From an uncultured Gammaproteobacteria bacterium (lineage in GTDB: Bacteria > Patescibacteriota > Patescibacteriia > Patescibacteriales > UBA12465), in contig CAZXZR010000003.1 of the NCBI GenBank assembly GCA_964645545.1, forward strand, positions 1-47,743: a DNA stretch of 47,743 bases, given 5' to 3'. Positions 19,236 through 32,301 of this stretch are shown one piece after another. Position 1 is the stretch's first letter. Each line of letters starts with the position of its first letter. The position numbers were made by a program, and so were the translations under genes. The notes under the pieces are model-generated. The model searched no databases, was not told the origin of the DNA, and saw nothing but the letters and a program-made list of their open reading frames with translations.

Positions 19236-19255
19236 ATAAATATTTTCCCAAGATG

Positions 19256-19489
19256 TCAAAGATAAGAGAATAAGAGGGGTGTGTATTTACTTGGCAGAGG
19301 TCGCCCTTGTTCTAAAAGTTTTAGAATGCTTCCAGGTGCTATTTTTGCCCTCCTTTCCGCCTCCTCTACAGATAAGCCTTTTTCAATAATGTGTTTAAGG
19401 GCCCGTTGTGTGCTATAAGACGTAACAGAGAAAGTTTTTTTCTCTCCGGTTTTATTTATTATTACCGTTATTTGTTCAACATTTCCCAT
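19256..19489 (-). CDS. Hypothetical protein (77 aa, AT-rich)
   Basis: ATG-started ORF convergent with dnaJ; no recognised motif. Confidence 0.45.
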   Translation of the reverse strand: MGNVEQITVIINKTGEKKTFSVTSYSTQRALKHIIEKGLSVEEAERRAKIAPGSILKLLEQGRPLPSKYTPLLFSYL

Positions 19490-19616
19490 GGCCGTTTATT
19501 TTTTGATTATTTTAAATTTACGATTTGAATGTATGTTATCGTATTTAAATATTTTTGTCAACGTTACCTTTATAAACAGGTTTAAGCCGGCTTTTAGAGG
19601 GGTTTTAGCCTTTTGA

Positions 19617-19644
19617 TTGACTTTTTATAACTAAATGCTACAAT
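19617..19644 (+). promoter_or_regulatory. Sigma70-type promoter with extended -10
   Basis: TTGACT, 16 bp, TGnTACAAT upstream of the 19677 ORF. Confidence 0.55.
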
Positions 19645-19676
19645 AAAAATGTCTTTATTATTAACCCTCTAAATTT

Positions 19677-19826
19677 ATGAGTAACTGGTTTAGAAGGCTT
19701 TTTGGGGGTAAAAAGACCGCTAAGGAAATGGAAGCAAACCGGGCTGAACCTATGGAAATGCCAATTAACATCGAGCCCAAGAGCGAAGATAGTACCATGA
19801 AAGATCAAGGCCAAGCACCCCAGTAA
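19677..19826 (+). CDS. 49-aa small protein MSNWFRRLFGGKKTAKEMEANRAEPMEMPINIEPKSEDSTMKDQGQAPQ
   Basis: Translated by hand; promoter upstream, hairpin at about 19845-19872 downstream; amphipathic N-terminus. Confidence 0.6.
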   Translation: MSNWFRRLFGGKKTAKEMEANRAEPMEMPINIEPKSEDSTMKDQGQAPQ

Positions 19827-19913
19827 TTTTTAGCCGATCCAGCTTAAAAGACGCGTTTTTCGCGTTTTTTAAGTTCTCGGGAAAAAATTTTTTTTAAATC
19901 CCGACTTAAGTTT

Positions 19914-20765
19914 ATGTTTATTGATACTCACGCCCACGTCAATTTCGCCGCCTTTAAAGAAGACGCCGAGGAAACCATTCGCCGGGCCTTAGCTAATGAA
20001 ACTTGGATGGTTTTGATCGGTTCTGAATTTAAGACTTCCAATCGCGCCCTGAATTTCGCCAACAAGTACCAGCGCGGCGTTTACGCCGCCGTCGGCCTGC
20101 ATCCGATTCATTTACAGTCGGGTTCAGTGGATAGTAGCGAAGAGGGGAATGAGTATAGTTTTACCGCCCGGGCCGAGGAGTTTGATTACGACAGCTACGA
20201 AAAGCTGGCGAAATTTGAAAAAGTCGTGGCTATTGGCGAAGCCGGTCTGGATTATTATCACTTGAGCCCGACTAAGGATATGGCGGCGCTTAAGCGCAAA
20301 CAACAGGAAGTTTTCGTCCAGCAGCTTTTATTAGCCCGCAGTTTGGATTTGCCCGTCATTATTCATTGCCGTCAGGCGCACGACGACCTCTCAGTGATTT
20401 TAGAGGATTTTAAAAAGGAGTACGGGCAAATTATTCCCACTAACAAGCCTTGGGGCGTGGTCCATTGTTTTTCCGGCGACGAAGATTTGGCTTGGAAATA
20501 TTTTTCCTTAGGCCTTTTGATTTCTTTCACCGGCCTTATCACTTTCAGCCAACAATGGGATGATTTAATTCGTAAAATTCCTTTGGAAAAAATGATGGTG
20601 GAAACTGATTCCCCCTATATGACGCCGGAACCTTACCGCGGCCAGAGAAATGAACCACTTTTAGTCCAATACGTGGCCAAGCGGGTGGCGGAAATTAGGA
20701 ACCTGAAGCTGGAAAAAGTGGCGGCCGTAACCACGGCCACGGCTCGCGCCTTTTTCCGGATTTGA
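19914..20765 (+). CDS. tatD: TatD-family hydrolase/DNase
   Basis: IDTHAH, GLHP, AIGEAGLDY, IIHCR, VHCFSG, ETDSPY. Confidence 0.95.
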   Translation: MFIDTHAHVNFAAFKEDAEETIRRALANETWMVLIGSEFKTSNRALNFANKYQRGVYAAVGLHPIHLQSGSVDSSEEGNEYSFTARAEEFDYDSYEKLAKFEKVVAIGEAGLDYYHLSPTKDMAALKRKQQEVFVQQLLLARSLDLPVIIHCRQAHDDLSVILEDFKKEYGQIIPTNKPWGVVHCFSGDEDLAWKYFSLGLLISFTGLITFSQQWDDLIRKIPLEKMMVETDSPYMTPEPYRGQRNEPLLVQYVAKRVAEIRNLKLEKVAAVTTATARAFFRI

Positions 20766-20778
20766 TTTTTAAATAATT

Positions 20779-21072
20779 ATGAAAAATTCTTCCTGGGCCA
20801 TTGCTTTACGGGTTTTAGTTAATGTTTCCGGTTGGATTTTAGCGCCTTTAATCGTCGGCCTTTTGCTCGGCAAATGGCTGGATAGAAAATATGGCACCGA
20901 GCCTTGGTTGTTTTTGACCACCATTGGCGTTTGTTTTTTGATTTCCATGTACGGCCTGATCATCAACGCCGTTAAAGAGTTTAAGAAAATAGAGAAAGAG
21001 AGCCGGAAAGAGGAAAGGTCGACGGCGGGCGATAATAGCGGCAAGCGGGACGAGAAAAACGATAAGGCTTAG
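20779..21072 (+). CDS. AtpZ/AtpI-family protein
   Basis: Two TMs around GKWLDRKYGTEPW; first gene of the atp operon. Confidence 0.85.
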   Translation: MKNSSWAIALRVLVNVSGWILAPLIVGLLLGKWLDRKYGTEPWLFLTTIGVCFLISMYGLIINAVKEFKKIEKESRKEERSTAGDNSGKRDEKNDKA

Positions 21073-21077
21073 CTCCT

Positions 21078-21896
21078 GTGTCAGACACGATTTTACATGA
21101 GAATACCTTATACGCCGAGCCGGTGGCCCACCTTGGCAATTTTCCCATTACCAACGCCATGATTAATTCCTGGCTGGTGGTTATTATCGTTATTCTTGTC
21201 GCCATCGCTTTGACGAAAAGCTTGAAAAAGGTGCCGCGCGGTTTGCAAAACGCTTTGGAAATGATTATTGAAGGCTTTTTGGGTATTTTTGACAGCGTCA
21301 CCGGCAGCCGCAAGCGATCCCTGAACTTCGCCCCCTTGGTTCTGGCTTTTTTCTTTTTTATTTTGCTTAACAATTGGTCGGGCCTTCTGCCCGGCGTTGG
21401 TTCGCTCGGCCAAGTAGTGGCCAGTGGCGGCCAGCAATTTTTTGTTCCCTATCTGCGTTCCGGCAGCGCCGATTTAAACGCCACTTTGGCCTTGGCCACC
21501 TTAGGCGTGATTTTAAGCCACATTATCGGCGTTATCGCTTTGGGTTGGTGGCGTTATTTGAATAAATTTATAAATTTTAAGGCTATTTTGGAAATTCCCA
21601 AAAAAGTCTGGAAGAACCCCACCATTTTAATCGTCAATCCCATTAAAATCTTCGTTGGTTTTATAGAAATAATTTCCGAATTGGCGAAAATTGCCAGTCT
21701 GTCTTTCCGGTTGTTTGGCAATATTTTCGCCGGTGAAGTTCTTTTAGCCTCCATGTCCGCCATTTTAGCCTTTGGCCTGCCTTTGCCCTTTATGTTTTTG
21801 GAAATTTTAGTCGGCCTCATACAAGCTTTGATTTTCGCCATGTTGATTTTAACCTATTTAACCATTAACACGACCGTAGAGGAAGAAGAGTTTTAA
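21078..21896 (+). CDS. atpB: ATP synthase Fo subunit a
   Basis: SLSFRLFGNIFAGE, IQALIF. Confidence 0.97.
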   Translation: MSDTILHENTLYAEPVAHLGNFPITNAMINSWLVVIIVILVAIALTKSLKKVPRGLQNALEMIIEGFLGIFDSVTGSRKRSLNFAPLVLAFFFFILLNNWSGLLPGVGSLGQVVASGGQQFFVPYLRSGSADLNATLALATLGVILSHIIGVIALGWWRYLNKFINFKAILEIPKKVWKNPTILIVNPIKIFVGFIEIISELAKIASLSFRLFGNIFAGEVLLASMSAILAFGLPLPFMFLEILVGLIQALIFAMLILTYLTINTTVEEEEF

Positions 21897-21923
21897 GAGC
21901 ATTGTTTTTTTTAAGACCATTAA

Positions 21924-22163
<240 letters not shown>

Positions 22164-22214
22164 TAGGCTGACGACCTGCCCCTTAGGGGCAGTGGTTAGC
22201 TTATTATCAATAAT

Positions 22215-22703
22215 ATGGAATCATTAATTTCAACTTTTGCTGTTGATTGGCGTTTGATGATTGCCCAATTAATTAATTTCGCCATCGTTTTGGCCATTTT
22301 GTATTTTTTCGCTTTCAAGCCTTTGGTTAAAATTATGTCGGCAAGAACGGAGAAAATAGATAAAAGTCTGAAGGATGCCGAGGCGATCGAGAAAAAGTTA
22401 GCTTTAACCGAAAAGGAAAAAGCGGACATTATTCGCGCCGCTAAAACGGAAGCGAACGCCATTGTCGCCGAAGCGGGCAAGCGCGGCGAAGATAAGAAGA
22501 ACGAACTGGTCAAGAAGGCTAAGGAGGAAATCAATCGTGTCATCGTGGAGGAAAAGGCCAGGATCGCCCGCGACAAAGAGGAGAGCTTGAAAGAAATAAA
22601 GAAAGAGGTGGCCGATCTCGTGGTTTTGACTGTGGAGAAACTGTTGGACGAGAAGATGACAGCCGACAAGGACAGGGAATTTATTAAAAGGTTGGTGAAA
22701 TAA
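22215..22703 (+). CDS. atpF: ATP synthase Fo subunit b
   Basis: QLINF TM then coiled coil; operon position. Confidence 0.95.
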   Translation: MESLISTFAVDWRLMIAQLINFAIVLAILYFFAFKPLVKIMSARTEKIDKSLKDAEAIEKKLALTEKEKADIIRAAKTEANAIVAEAGKRGEDKKNELVKKAKEEINRVIVEEKARIARDKEESLKEIKKEVADLVVLTVEKLLDEKMTADKDREFIKRLVK

Positions 22704-22727
22704 AATAGCATCCTGACCCGCATTATT

Positions 22728-23129
22728 ATGAAAATATCAGCCCGACAATACGCCCAAAGTTTGTATGAAGCCCTGGCTGGCAAAAGCGAGGCCGAGGTTA
22801 AGGCGGCCTTAAGGAATTTCGTCATCCTTTTGGCGCGCCGGCGCGATTTGAATAAAGGCGGGGAAATTGCCCGGCGCTTGAGCGAGATTTGGGACGACGC
22901 CGAGGGAACGCTTAGCGCCGACTTGGTCGGCGCCCGTCTTCTGTCGGAAACGGTCAAAACGGTAGTGATAAATTATTTAAAAAACCGAGCCGGCGCCAAG
23001 AAAATTGTCATTAAAGAGGAAGTGGATAAAAAAATCATCGGCGGTTTCATTTTGAAATACGGCAGTCAAATTTTGGACGGCAGCTTGAAAACTAATTTGG
23101 CGGGACTGAAAGAGAAGATCAGTGGGTAA
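22728..23129 (+). CDS. atpH: ATP synthase F1 subunit delta (short)
   Basis: ARQYAQSL, IIGGFIL, ILDGSLK. Confidence 0.9.
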   Translation: MKISARQYAQSLYEALAGKSEAEVKAALRNFVILLARRRDLNKGGEIARRLSEIWDDAEGTLSADLVGARLLSETVKTVVINYLKNRAGAKKIVIKEEVDKKIIGGFILKYGSQILDGSLKTNLAGLKEKISG

Positions 23130-23253
23130 GTTTTTTGAAATAAAAAAAGCGGTGTTTTAAATCGCTTTCGATTGTCCTGATAAACCCGGAGTTTTAGTTG
23201 AATCGTTTTATGAATCGTTTTATTAAATAATATTATACTATAAAATAAAAAAT

Positions 23254-24777
23254 ATGTCAACGACCAAAGACTTTATCGTCAAGCAGCTGAAGGAAGAGAT
23301 AGCCGGTTATAAGGCTGAAATTAGCGAAAAATCAGTCGGGAAAGTCCTGAAAATTTCAGACGGTATCGCTCTTGTTTCTGGCTTGTCCGAGGCCATGATG
23401 AGCGAAATTTTGCGCTTCAAGAGCGCGGCAGGCGACGTCAACGGCGTGGTTTTGAATTTAGAAGAAGATCAGGTTGGTGCCATTATTTTAGGCGATTTTA
23501 CCGGTATTAAGGAAGGTGATGAAGTCCAGGCGACCAAAAGGATCCTGGAAGTGCCGGCCGGCGAAGCTGTTATTGGCCGCGTTTTGAATCCCCTGGGCGA
23601 ACCTCTGGACGGCAAGGGCAAAGTGGAGAGCAAACAGTTTTATCCGATTGAGAAAATCGCTCCCGGCGTCATCACCCGCGAGCGCGTGAAGCAGCCAGTC
23701 CAGACTGGCATCAAAGCCATCGACGCCATGATCCCCATCGGCCGCGGGCAAAGGGAACTTATTATCGGCGACCGCCAAATCGGTAAAACCGCTTTAGCCA
23801 TTGACACCATCATTAACCAAAAAGGTCAAAACATGAAATGCATTTACGTGGCCATTGGTCAGAAAGAATCTAAGGTCGCCAATATCGTGGCCAAACTGGA
23901 AAAAAGCGGCGCCATGGCTTATACGACCGTTATTTTGGCCGGCGCTTCCGTTGCCGCTCCCTTGCTCTATTTCGCTCCTTACGCCGGTTGCGCCATGGGT
24001 GAATATTTTTTGGATAAAGGCGAAGATGTTTTAATTATTTACGACGACTTGTCCAAGCACGCCGTTTCTTATCGGGAAATTTCTTTGCTCCTGCGTCGGC
24101 CGCCGGGCCGAGAAGCTTATCCGGGCGACGTTTTTTATCTCCATTCCCGCCTTTTGGAGCGCGCTTGCAAACTAAACAAGGATTACGGCGGCGGCTCTTT
24201 AACCGCCTTGCCGATAATTGAAACCCAAGCCGGCGACCTTTCCGCCTATATCCCCACCAACGTCATTTCTATTACCGACGGCCAGATTTTCTTGGAGCCG
24301 GAACTCTTTTATCAAGGCAACCGCCCGGCCATTAACGCCGGCTTGTCCGTTTCCCGCGTCGGTTCCTCGGCCCAGATAAAGGCGATGAAGAAAGTGGCCG
24401 GGAAAATGCGTTTGGAAGCGGCTCAATACCGCGAATTGGCCGCTTTCGCCCAGTTTGGCTCGGATTTGGATGAGGAGACGAAAAAGAAACTGGAGCGCGG
24501 CAGGCGGCTTTATGAGATTTTCAAGCAGGACCAGTACCAGCCCTTGCCGGTGGCCAAGCAGGTTTTGATTTATTACGCTTTGATTAACGGTTTTATGGAC
24601 GACGTGCCGGTGGAGAAAGTGCGCGAATTTGAAAGCGGTTTATATGAATACGCCGATTTAAATGACAAGGTTTTAAAAGTGATCGCGGACAAGAAAGATC
24701 TGGACGAAGCTATAGAAAAAGATTTACGAAAATTGATCGGCGATTACAAGGGGGCGCTGGATTATTTAGTTAAGTAA
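23254..24777 (+). CDS. atpA: ATP synthase F1 subunit alpha
   Basis: [29 protein letters not shown]. Confidence 0.99.
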   Translation: MSTTKDFIVKQLKEEIAGYKAEISEKSVGKVLKISDGIALVSGLSEAMMSEILRFKSAAGDVNGVVLNLEEDQVGAIILGDFTGIKEGDEVQATKRILEVPAGEAVIGRVLNPLGEPLDGKGKVESKQFYPIEKIAPGVITRERVKQPVQTGIKAIDAMIPIGRGQRELIIGDRQIGKTALAIDTIINQKGQNMKCIYVAIGQKESKVANIVAKLEKSGAMAYTTVILAGASVAAPLLYFAPYAGCAMGEYFLDKGEDVLIIYDDLSKHAVSYREISLLLRRPPGREAYPGDVFYLHSRLLERACKLNKDYGGGSLTALPIIETQAGDLSAYIPTNVISITDGQIFLEPELFYQGNRPAINAGLSVSRVGSSAQIKAMKKVAGKMRLEAAQYRELAAFAQFGSDLDEETKKKLERGRRLYEIFKQDQYQPLPVAKQVLIYYALINGFMDDVPVEKVREFESGLYEYADLNDKVLKVIADKKDLDEAIEKDLRKLIGDYKGALDYLVK

Positions 24778-24779
24778 TT

Positions 24780-25718
24780 ATGGCCAAAACCAAGGAAATT
24801 TTGCGCCGCATCAAGTCCGTTTCCAGCACCAAGAAAATCACCAAGGCCTTGGAAATGGTTTCGGCGGCCAAAATGCGCAAAGCCATTGAAGCGGTTTTAA
24901 AGACCCGGGCTTACGCCAGTTTGAGCTGGGAGACGGTTTTGCGTTTGGCCAAATTAGCCGCCGCTAACAGCGAGAGTCTGCATCCGCTTTTAAAGCCGCG
25001 GCGACAGGTGAATAAAGCGGCCATTATTCTCTTGACCGGCAACCGCGGCATGTGCGGCGGCTATAATACGGCGGTTATTAATAAAGCTAAGGAGTCAATC
25101 AAGAAGCATCCGGCGACAACCGAATTCATCTTGGCCGGTAAAAAAGGCACGGCTCTTTATCATCAAGGCTTTAATATCGCCGCCGAATTTGAGAAAAGCG
25201 AACTTTTGACCGACGCGCGCGAGATTTACCCGATCGTGAAAATGGTTTTAAGCGATTACGCCCGCAAGAAATATGACAAGATTTTAGTCGCCTATACCGA
25301 TTTCGTTAATCCCGTAAAGCAGGTGCCGCGCTTGAGACAGCTTTTACCCGTGAACATAGAAAACCCGGAACAATATCTAGGCAGTATTGAATTAAAAGCG
25401 GCGTGGGAAGGGGGAGAAGAAGCGGAAAAAGGCTCAAGAAAAGTCATTGGCGACGTTTATGAATATGTTTTTGAGCCTAGTCCGCGCGAAGTTTTGGACA
25501 AAATGATCCCGCGCCTATTGGAAGTCCAGCTCTACCAAGCCTTCCTGGAAGCCAACGCTTCCGAACACAGTGCTCGCATGACGGCTATGCACCAAGCCAC
25601 CGACGCCGCCACCGATATGGTGAGTGAATTGACCTTATTCTATAACAAGGCGCGCCAGGCCGGCATCACTTCGGAAATCGCCGAAATTTCCGCCGGGGCC
25701 AATGCCTTGGCGGAGTAG
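24780..25718 (+). CDS. atpG: ATP synthase F1 subunit gamma
   Basis: KITKALEMVSAAK, NKARQAGITSEIAEI. Confidence 0.98.
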   Translation: MAKTKEILRRIKSVSSTKKITKALEMVSAAKMRKAIEAVLKTRAYASLSWETVLRLAKLAAANSESLHPLLKPRRQVNKAAIILLTGNRGMCGGYNTAVINKAKESIKKHPATTEFILAGKKGTALYHQGFNIAAEFEKSELLTDAREIYPIVKMVLSDYARKKYDKILVAYTDFVNPVKQVPRLRQLLPVNIENPEQYLGSIELKAAWEGGEEAEKGSRKVIGDVYEYVFEPSPREVLDKMIPRLLEVQLYQAFLEANASEHSARMTAMHQATDAATDMVSELTLFYNKARQAGITSEIAEISAGANALAE

Positions 25719-25802
25719 ATTTATTAATTTGAACTGGTCATAATTTGTGACCGGTTCAAGAAGTTAAAACTCTTTTTTTTGACGACTTTATATTTAAAAT
25801 AA

Positions 25803-27203
<1,401 letters not shown>

Positions 27204-27248
27204 CTCACGGTAATTCGCCGCCGGCCGGCTTTTTAAACAACTAAAATT

Positions 27249-27719
27249 ATGTCCGCAAAAACCATAAATTTCGCCATCGTCACCCCGGAAAGAGTGGTCT
27301 TAAAGCAGGAAATTCTACAGGCCACGGTGCCGACTAAAAATGGGGAAATAACGATTTTGCCCGGCCACGTGCCTCTGGTTTCGGTTTTGGAGCCAGGAGT
27401 GATTGAGGTTAAGCGCGCCGATAATTTAGTGGAGATTATTTCTGTCTCCAGCGGTTTTATTGAGGTCAGCCAAGACAATAAAATTGTTATTTTGGCCGAC
27501 ACGGCCGAACGGGCCGAAGAATTAGACGAAGCTCGCATTAAAGAAGCGCAAAAGCGGGCCGAGGAGTTGAAACAAACTGCCCGGCGTCAGGACGAGGTGG
27601 AATTCGCCGCCATTTCCGCCCGCCTAGAAAAAGAATTGGCCCGTCTGAAAGCGGTCAGCCGCTGGCGCCGCTTGAAAGGCGCGGATAAACGAGGAGAGGA
27701 AGAGCGCCCCAAGGTCTAA
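27249..27719 (+). CDS. atpC: ATP synthase F1 subunit epsilon
   Basis: IVTPER, GEITILPGHVPL, ILADTAE. Confidence 0.96.
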   Translation: MSAKTINFAIVTPERVVLKQEILQATVPTKNGEITILPGHVPLVSVLEPGVIEVKRADNLVEIISVSSGFIEVSQDNKIVILADTAERAEELDEARIKEAQKRAEELKQTARRQDEVEFAAISARLEKELARLKAVSRWRRLKGADKRGEEERPKV

Positions 27720-27807
27720 GCGAAGCCTTGAGCGAAAGTAAAAATCGCGTTAAACATATAAATTAAAAAAGTTAATTAAAAAATAACGTTAAAAAAAGGA
27801 GGAAACT

Positions 27808-28230
27808 ATGCACAAATGCCAAGCCATTATTCTGAAATGTATGGACTTCCGACTCCTTGAAGAGCTGGATCGTTTTGTTGCCGAGAGGGATCTTGTTCAC
27901 AACTGGGACGACGTCTCTTGGGCCGGCGCCGGCTGGGAATTGGTCCATGGGAAACGCGCGGTGAGGAAATTTATTTTGAAGCAAATTGCCCTTTCCCGGG
28001 ACCTGCATAAGGCCGAAGTCGTTATTATTTTCCACCACAGCGATTGCGGCGCTTACAAATCCGCCTATAATTTCGCCAGTGAGGAGGCGGGAAAGAGGTT
28101 CCAGCTTGAGGATATGAAGAAGGCGGAAGAAATCATCAGGGAGCGTTTTCCCGAAATGGAAGTCAAAAAAATTTGGGGCCAACTTCTGGATCCGGAGGGC
28201 AGGAAAGTGGAATTTTCCGAAGTCGATTAA
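27808..28230 (+). CDS. Beta-carbonic anhydrase-like protein
   Basis: CMDFR and HSDCGAY zinc ligands; AGGAGG ribosome-binding site upstream. Confidence 0.8.
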   Translation: MHKCQAIILKCMDFRLLEELDRFVAERDLVHNWDDVSWAGAGWELVHGKRAVRKFILKQIALSRDLHKAEVVIIFHHSDCGAYKSAYNFASEEAGKRFQLEDMKKAEEIIRERFPEMEVKKIWGQLLDPEGRKVEFSEVD

Positions 28231-28317
28231 ATCGCCGCCGCCTAAAATTTTAAAGGGTCTCCGACAAAACCGCCAGCTTCGGCCGGCGGTTTATTTTTGG
28301 GAACATTTTATTCTGGC

Positions 28318-29127
28318 TTAGCGGGCGATTGTCAGCCAGGCGATAACGGCGGCCGCCAGGGCCAGGCGGTACCAGCCGAAAGGCCGGAAGTCGTGCTTTT
28401 GGATGAATTTTAGGAAGAAGCGGACGGCGATGACGGCGGTCAAGAAGGCGGCGATGAAGCCCAAGAGCCAGACGAACTTGTCGGCACCGGGCAAAAGGCC
28501 CAAAGCCCGCCGGCTTTCGTAAAGGTCTAGGACCGTGGCCGCCAGCATGGTCGGAATGGCCAGGAGGAAAGAAAATTCCACGATACTCTTCCGTTTTACG
28601 CCCAAAGCCAAACCGCCGATGATGGTCGCGGCCGCCCGGGAAACGCCCGGGACGATCGCCAGGGCCTGGAAAAGCCCGATCCAAAGCGCCTGTCGGTAAG
28701 AAATTTTTTCCAGAACGAGATCGCCGCCTGCCGCTGTTTGGAGAAGGGCGTTTTTTTCCGCGTAATACCTTTCAAAGAGAAGCAAAACAAGGCCGCCGAC
28801 CGCCAAGGCGCCGGCGACGACGTAAGCGTTGCCGAGCAAAAAGTTTTTGACGAGTTTATAGAAAATCAAACCGATAAGTGCGGTCGGCAGGAAAGCCGCC
28901 AGGATTTTTCCGATCAATTCCCAGCTGGACCAGAGCCGGCGCCAATAAAGGACGACCACGGCTAGAATCGCGCCCAACTGTATGGAAATTTCAAAAGTTT
29001 TTAAAAAGGCCGTCGGCGGAATCCGCAACCAGGCGCTGGCCAGGATGAGATGGGCCGTAGAAGATATGGGCAGGAATTCGGTTAGGCCTTCGATTATACC
29101 TAATATTAGGCCATGGATGATGGTCAT
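28318..29127 (-). CDS. uppP: Undecaprenyl-diphosphate phosphatase
   Basis: EGLTEFLPISSTAH, PGVSRAAATI, EFSFLLAIP. Confidence 0.96.
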   Translation of the reverse strand: MTIIHGLILGIIEGLTEFLPISSTAHLILASAWLRIPPTAFLKTFEISIQLGAILAVVVLYWRRLWSSWELIGKILAAFLPTALIGLIFYKLVKNFLLGNAYVVAGALAVGGLVLLLFERYYAEKNALLQTAAGGDLVLEKISYRQALWIGLFQALAIVPGVSRAAATIIGGLALGVKRKSIVEFSFLLAIPTMLAATVLDLYESRRALGLLPGADKFVWLLGFIAAFLTAVIAVRFFLKFIQKHDFRPFGWYRLALAAAVIAWLTIAR

Positions 29128-29312
29128 ACTTTTTTGATGATTTATCTTATTTTACCCCAATTATTATATCTTAAAGTTAGTTTTTGGAGTAGTATTGACA
29201 TTGTTTATTATTTATGTTTTGATATACCAATAATAATTTCAGACCCATTTTGCTATTTTTTAGGGGCCTAGTGTCTAAAAATAGTTCATTCACAATTTAA
29301 ATTTATAGCATC

Positions 29313-29920
29313 ATGAACGAAATGTGTGCTTTTATCGGAAAAACGCATGAGTTTCTTCTGGCTCTCGAGAAAGCCGGTTTTACCGACGAACTCATCCAGG
29401 AGATCATCAATTCCAAGGATAACGAATTGGCAATCAAAATGTATGCCGCCGTTATGCCCACCAAACGGTTAAATCGGATAATAACGAAGTAATCCTTGAT
29501 TGTACCGTCGATTACACTCGGACCGTCGAGGAAATGGTCAAAGCCGGTAAATATGACTGGTCAAACGGCGATATTACTCCCGACCATTATCCTATTCCGC
29601 CCGACAAAGCCGGAAAATCCGAAGCCATCAGCACCAGAGTTTTCCATTTCAACCGCTCCATATTCAGCCCAGACGCTGTCAAAGAAATGGAAAAAGAAGG
29701 CTATCGTCCGGCTACCGCCCATGAAATCATGGCCTTCGGCGAAAAGAACCCCGAATTGCAAAGGCAATTCCCAATCGTTGCCCTCGGCTCGGTTTGGCGC
29801 AACGACATCAATCGCTATGTCCTGGTTCTCAACGAGAACGATTCCAAGCGCAAGCTCAACCTCAACAACTGGGACGGCGACTGGAATGACAACTACCGCT
29901 TTCTGGGTGTCCGCCAGTGG
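29313..29920 (+). pseudogene. DGR-target-like (CLec-type C-terminus) gene, frameshifted, stop codon apparently lost
   Basis: 29313-29492 (MNEMCAFIGKTHEFLLALEK...) shifts near 29460 into QTVKSDNNEVILDCTVDYTRTVEEMVKAGKYDW...RPATAHE...WDGDWNDNYRFLGVR; the frame then runs on to 30058 through non-coding-looking sequence. Confidence 0.6.
29795..29920 (+). repeat. DGR variable/template-repeat-like segment (partner not in window)
   Basis: 7 AAC and 2 AAT codons in about 40 codons, ending RFLGVR. Confidence 0.55.
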
Positions 29921-29929
29921 CTAATTTTT

Positions 29930-29951
29930 CTCCGTCAAATTCTTGGCGGAG
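29930..29951. other. Hairpin just downstream of the VR/TR-like segment
   Basis: CTCCGTCAA-ATTC-TTGGCGGAG with flanking T runs. Confidence 0.6.
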
Positions 29952-30105
29952 TTTTTCAAAATTGCTTCCGCCAACCGCCTAACATTTTGCCGCACGGAAA
30001 TAGCTTTAAGATAAGAGGAGAATTGTCAAATAACTACTGGTTATCTAATAATAACTAATTATATTAAGCTTTTTGAGATTTTAATCCGAATAACGTCCGC
30101 CACCC

Positions 30106-30134
30106 TTGACAGCCGTTTCTTTTCGCTTTAAAAT
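30106..30134 (+). promoter_or_regulatory. Sigma70 promoter of groESL
   Basis: TTGACA, 17 bp, TAAAAT. Confidence 0.85.
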
Positions 30135-30144
30135 AATAATAAGC

Positions 30145-30171
30145 TTAGCAGTCATATTATTAGACTGCTAA
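30145..30171. promoter_or_regulatory. CIRCE element, symmetric variant
   Basis: TTAGCAGTC-N9-GACTGCTAA between the promoter and groES. Confidence 0.92.
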
Positions 30172-30200
30172 TTAAAATCATTTAATCTTAAAGAAAAAAT

Positions 30201-32157
<1,957 letters not shown>

Positions 32158-32301
32158 TAAAAGGGAAATTCGTCTAAGACAAAAAGATCCAAAAAGGTCT
32201 TTTTGTTTTTTATTCCTTGACGAATTTTGGCCGGGGCAATTTTAGCCAAGACGCTTCCTTTCTGCTATAATAAATTTATATCTAAATTTGCCGCGTTTTT
32301 T

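Noticed and set aside
29313-30000. A complete, active DGR cassette
   Set aside because: No reverse transcriptase, intact avd or second repeat copy was seen in the window.
29921-30058. C-terminal extension WLIFLRQILGG...SNNN of ORF 29534-30058
   Set aside because: Runs through a hairpin and AT-rich intergenic-like DNA; better explained by a lost stop.
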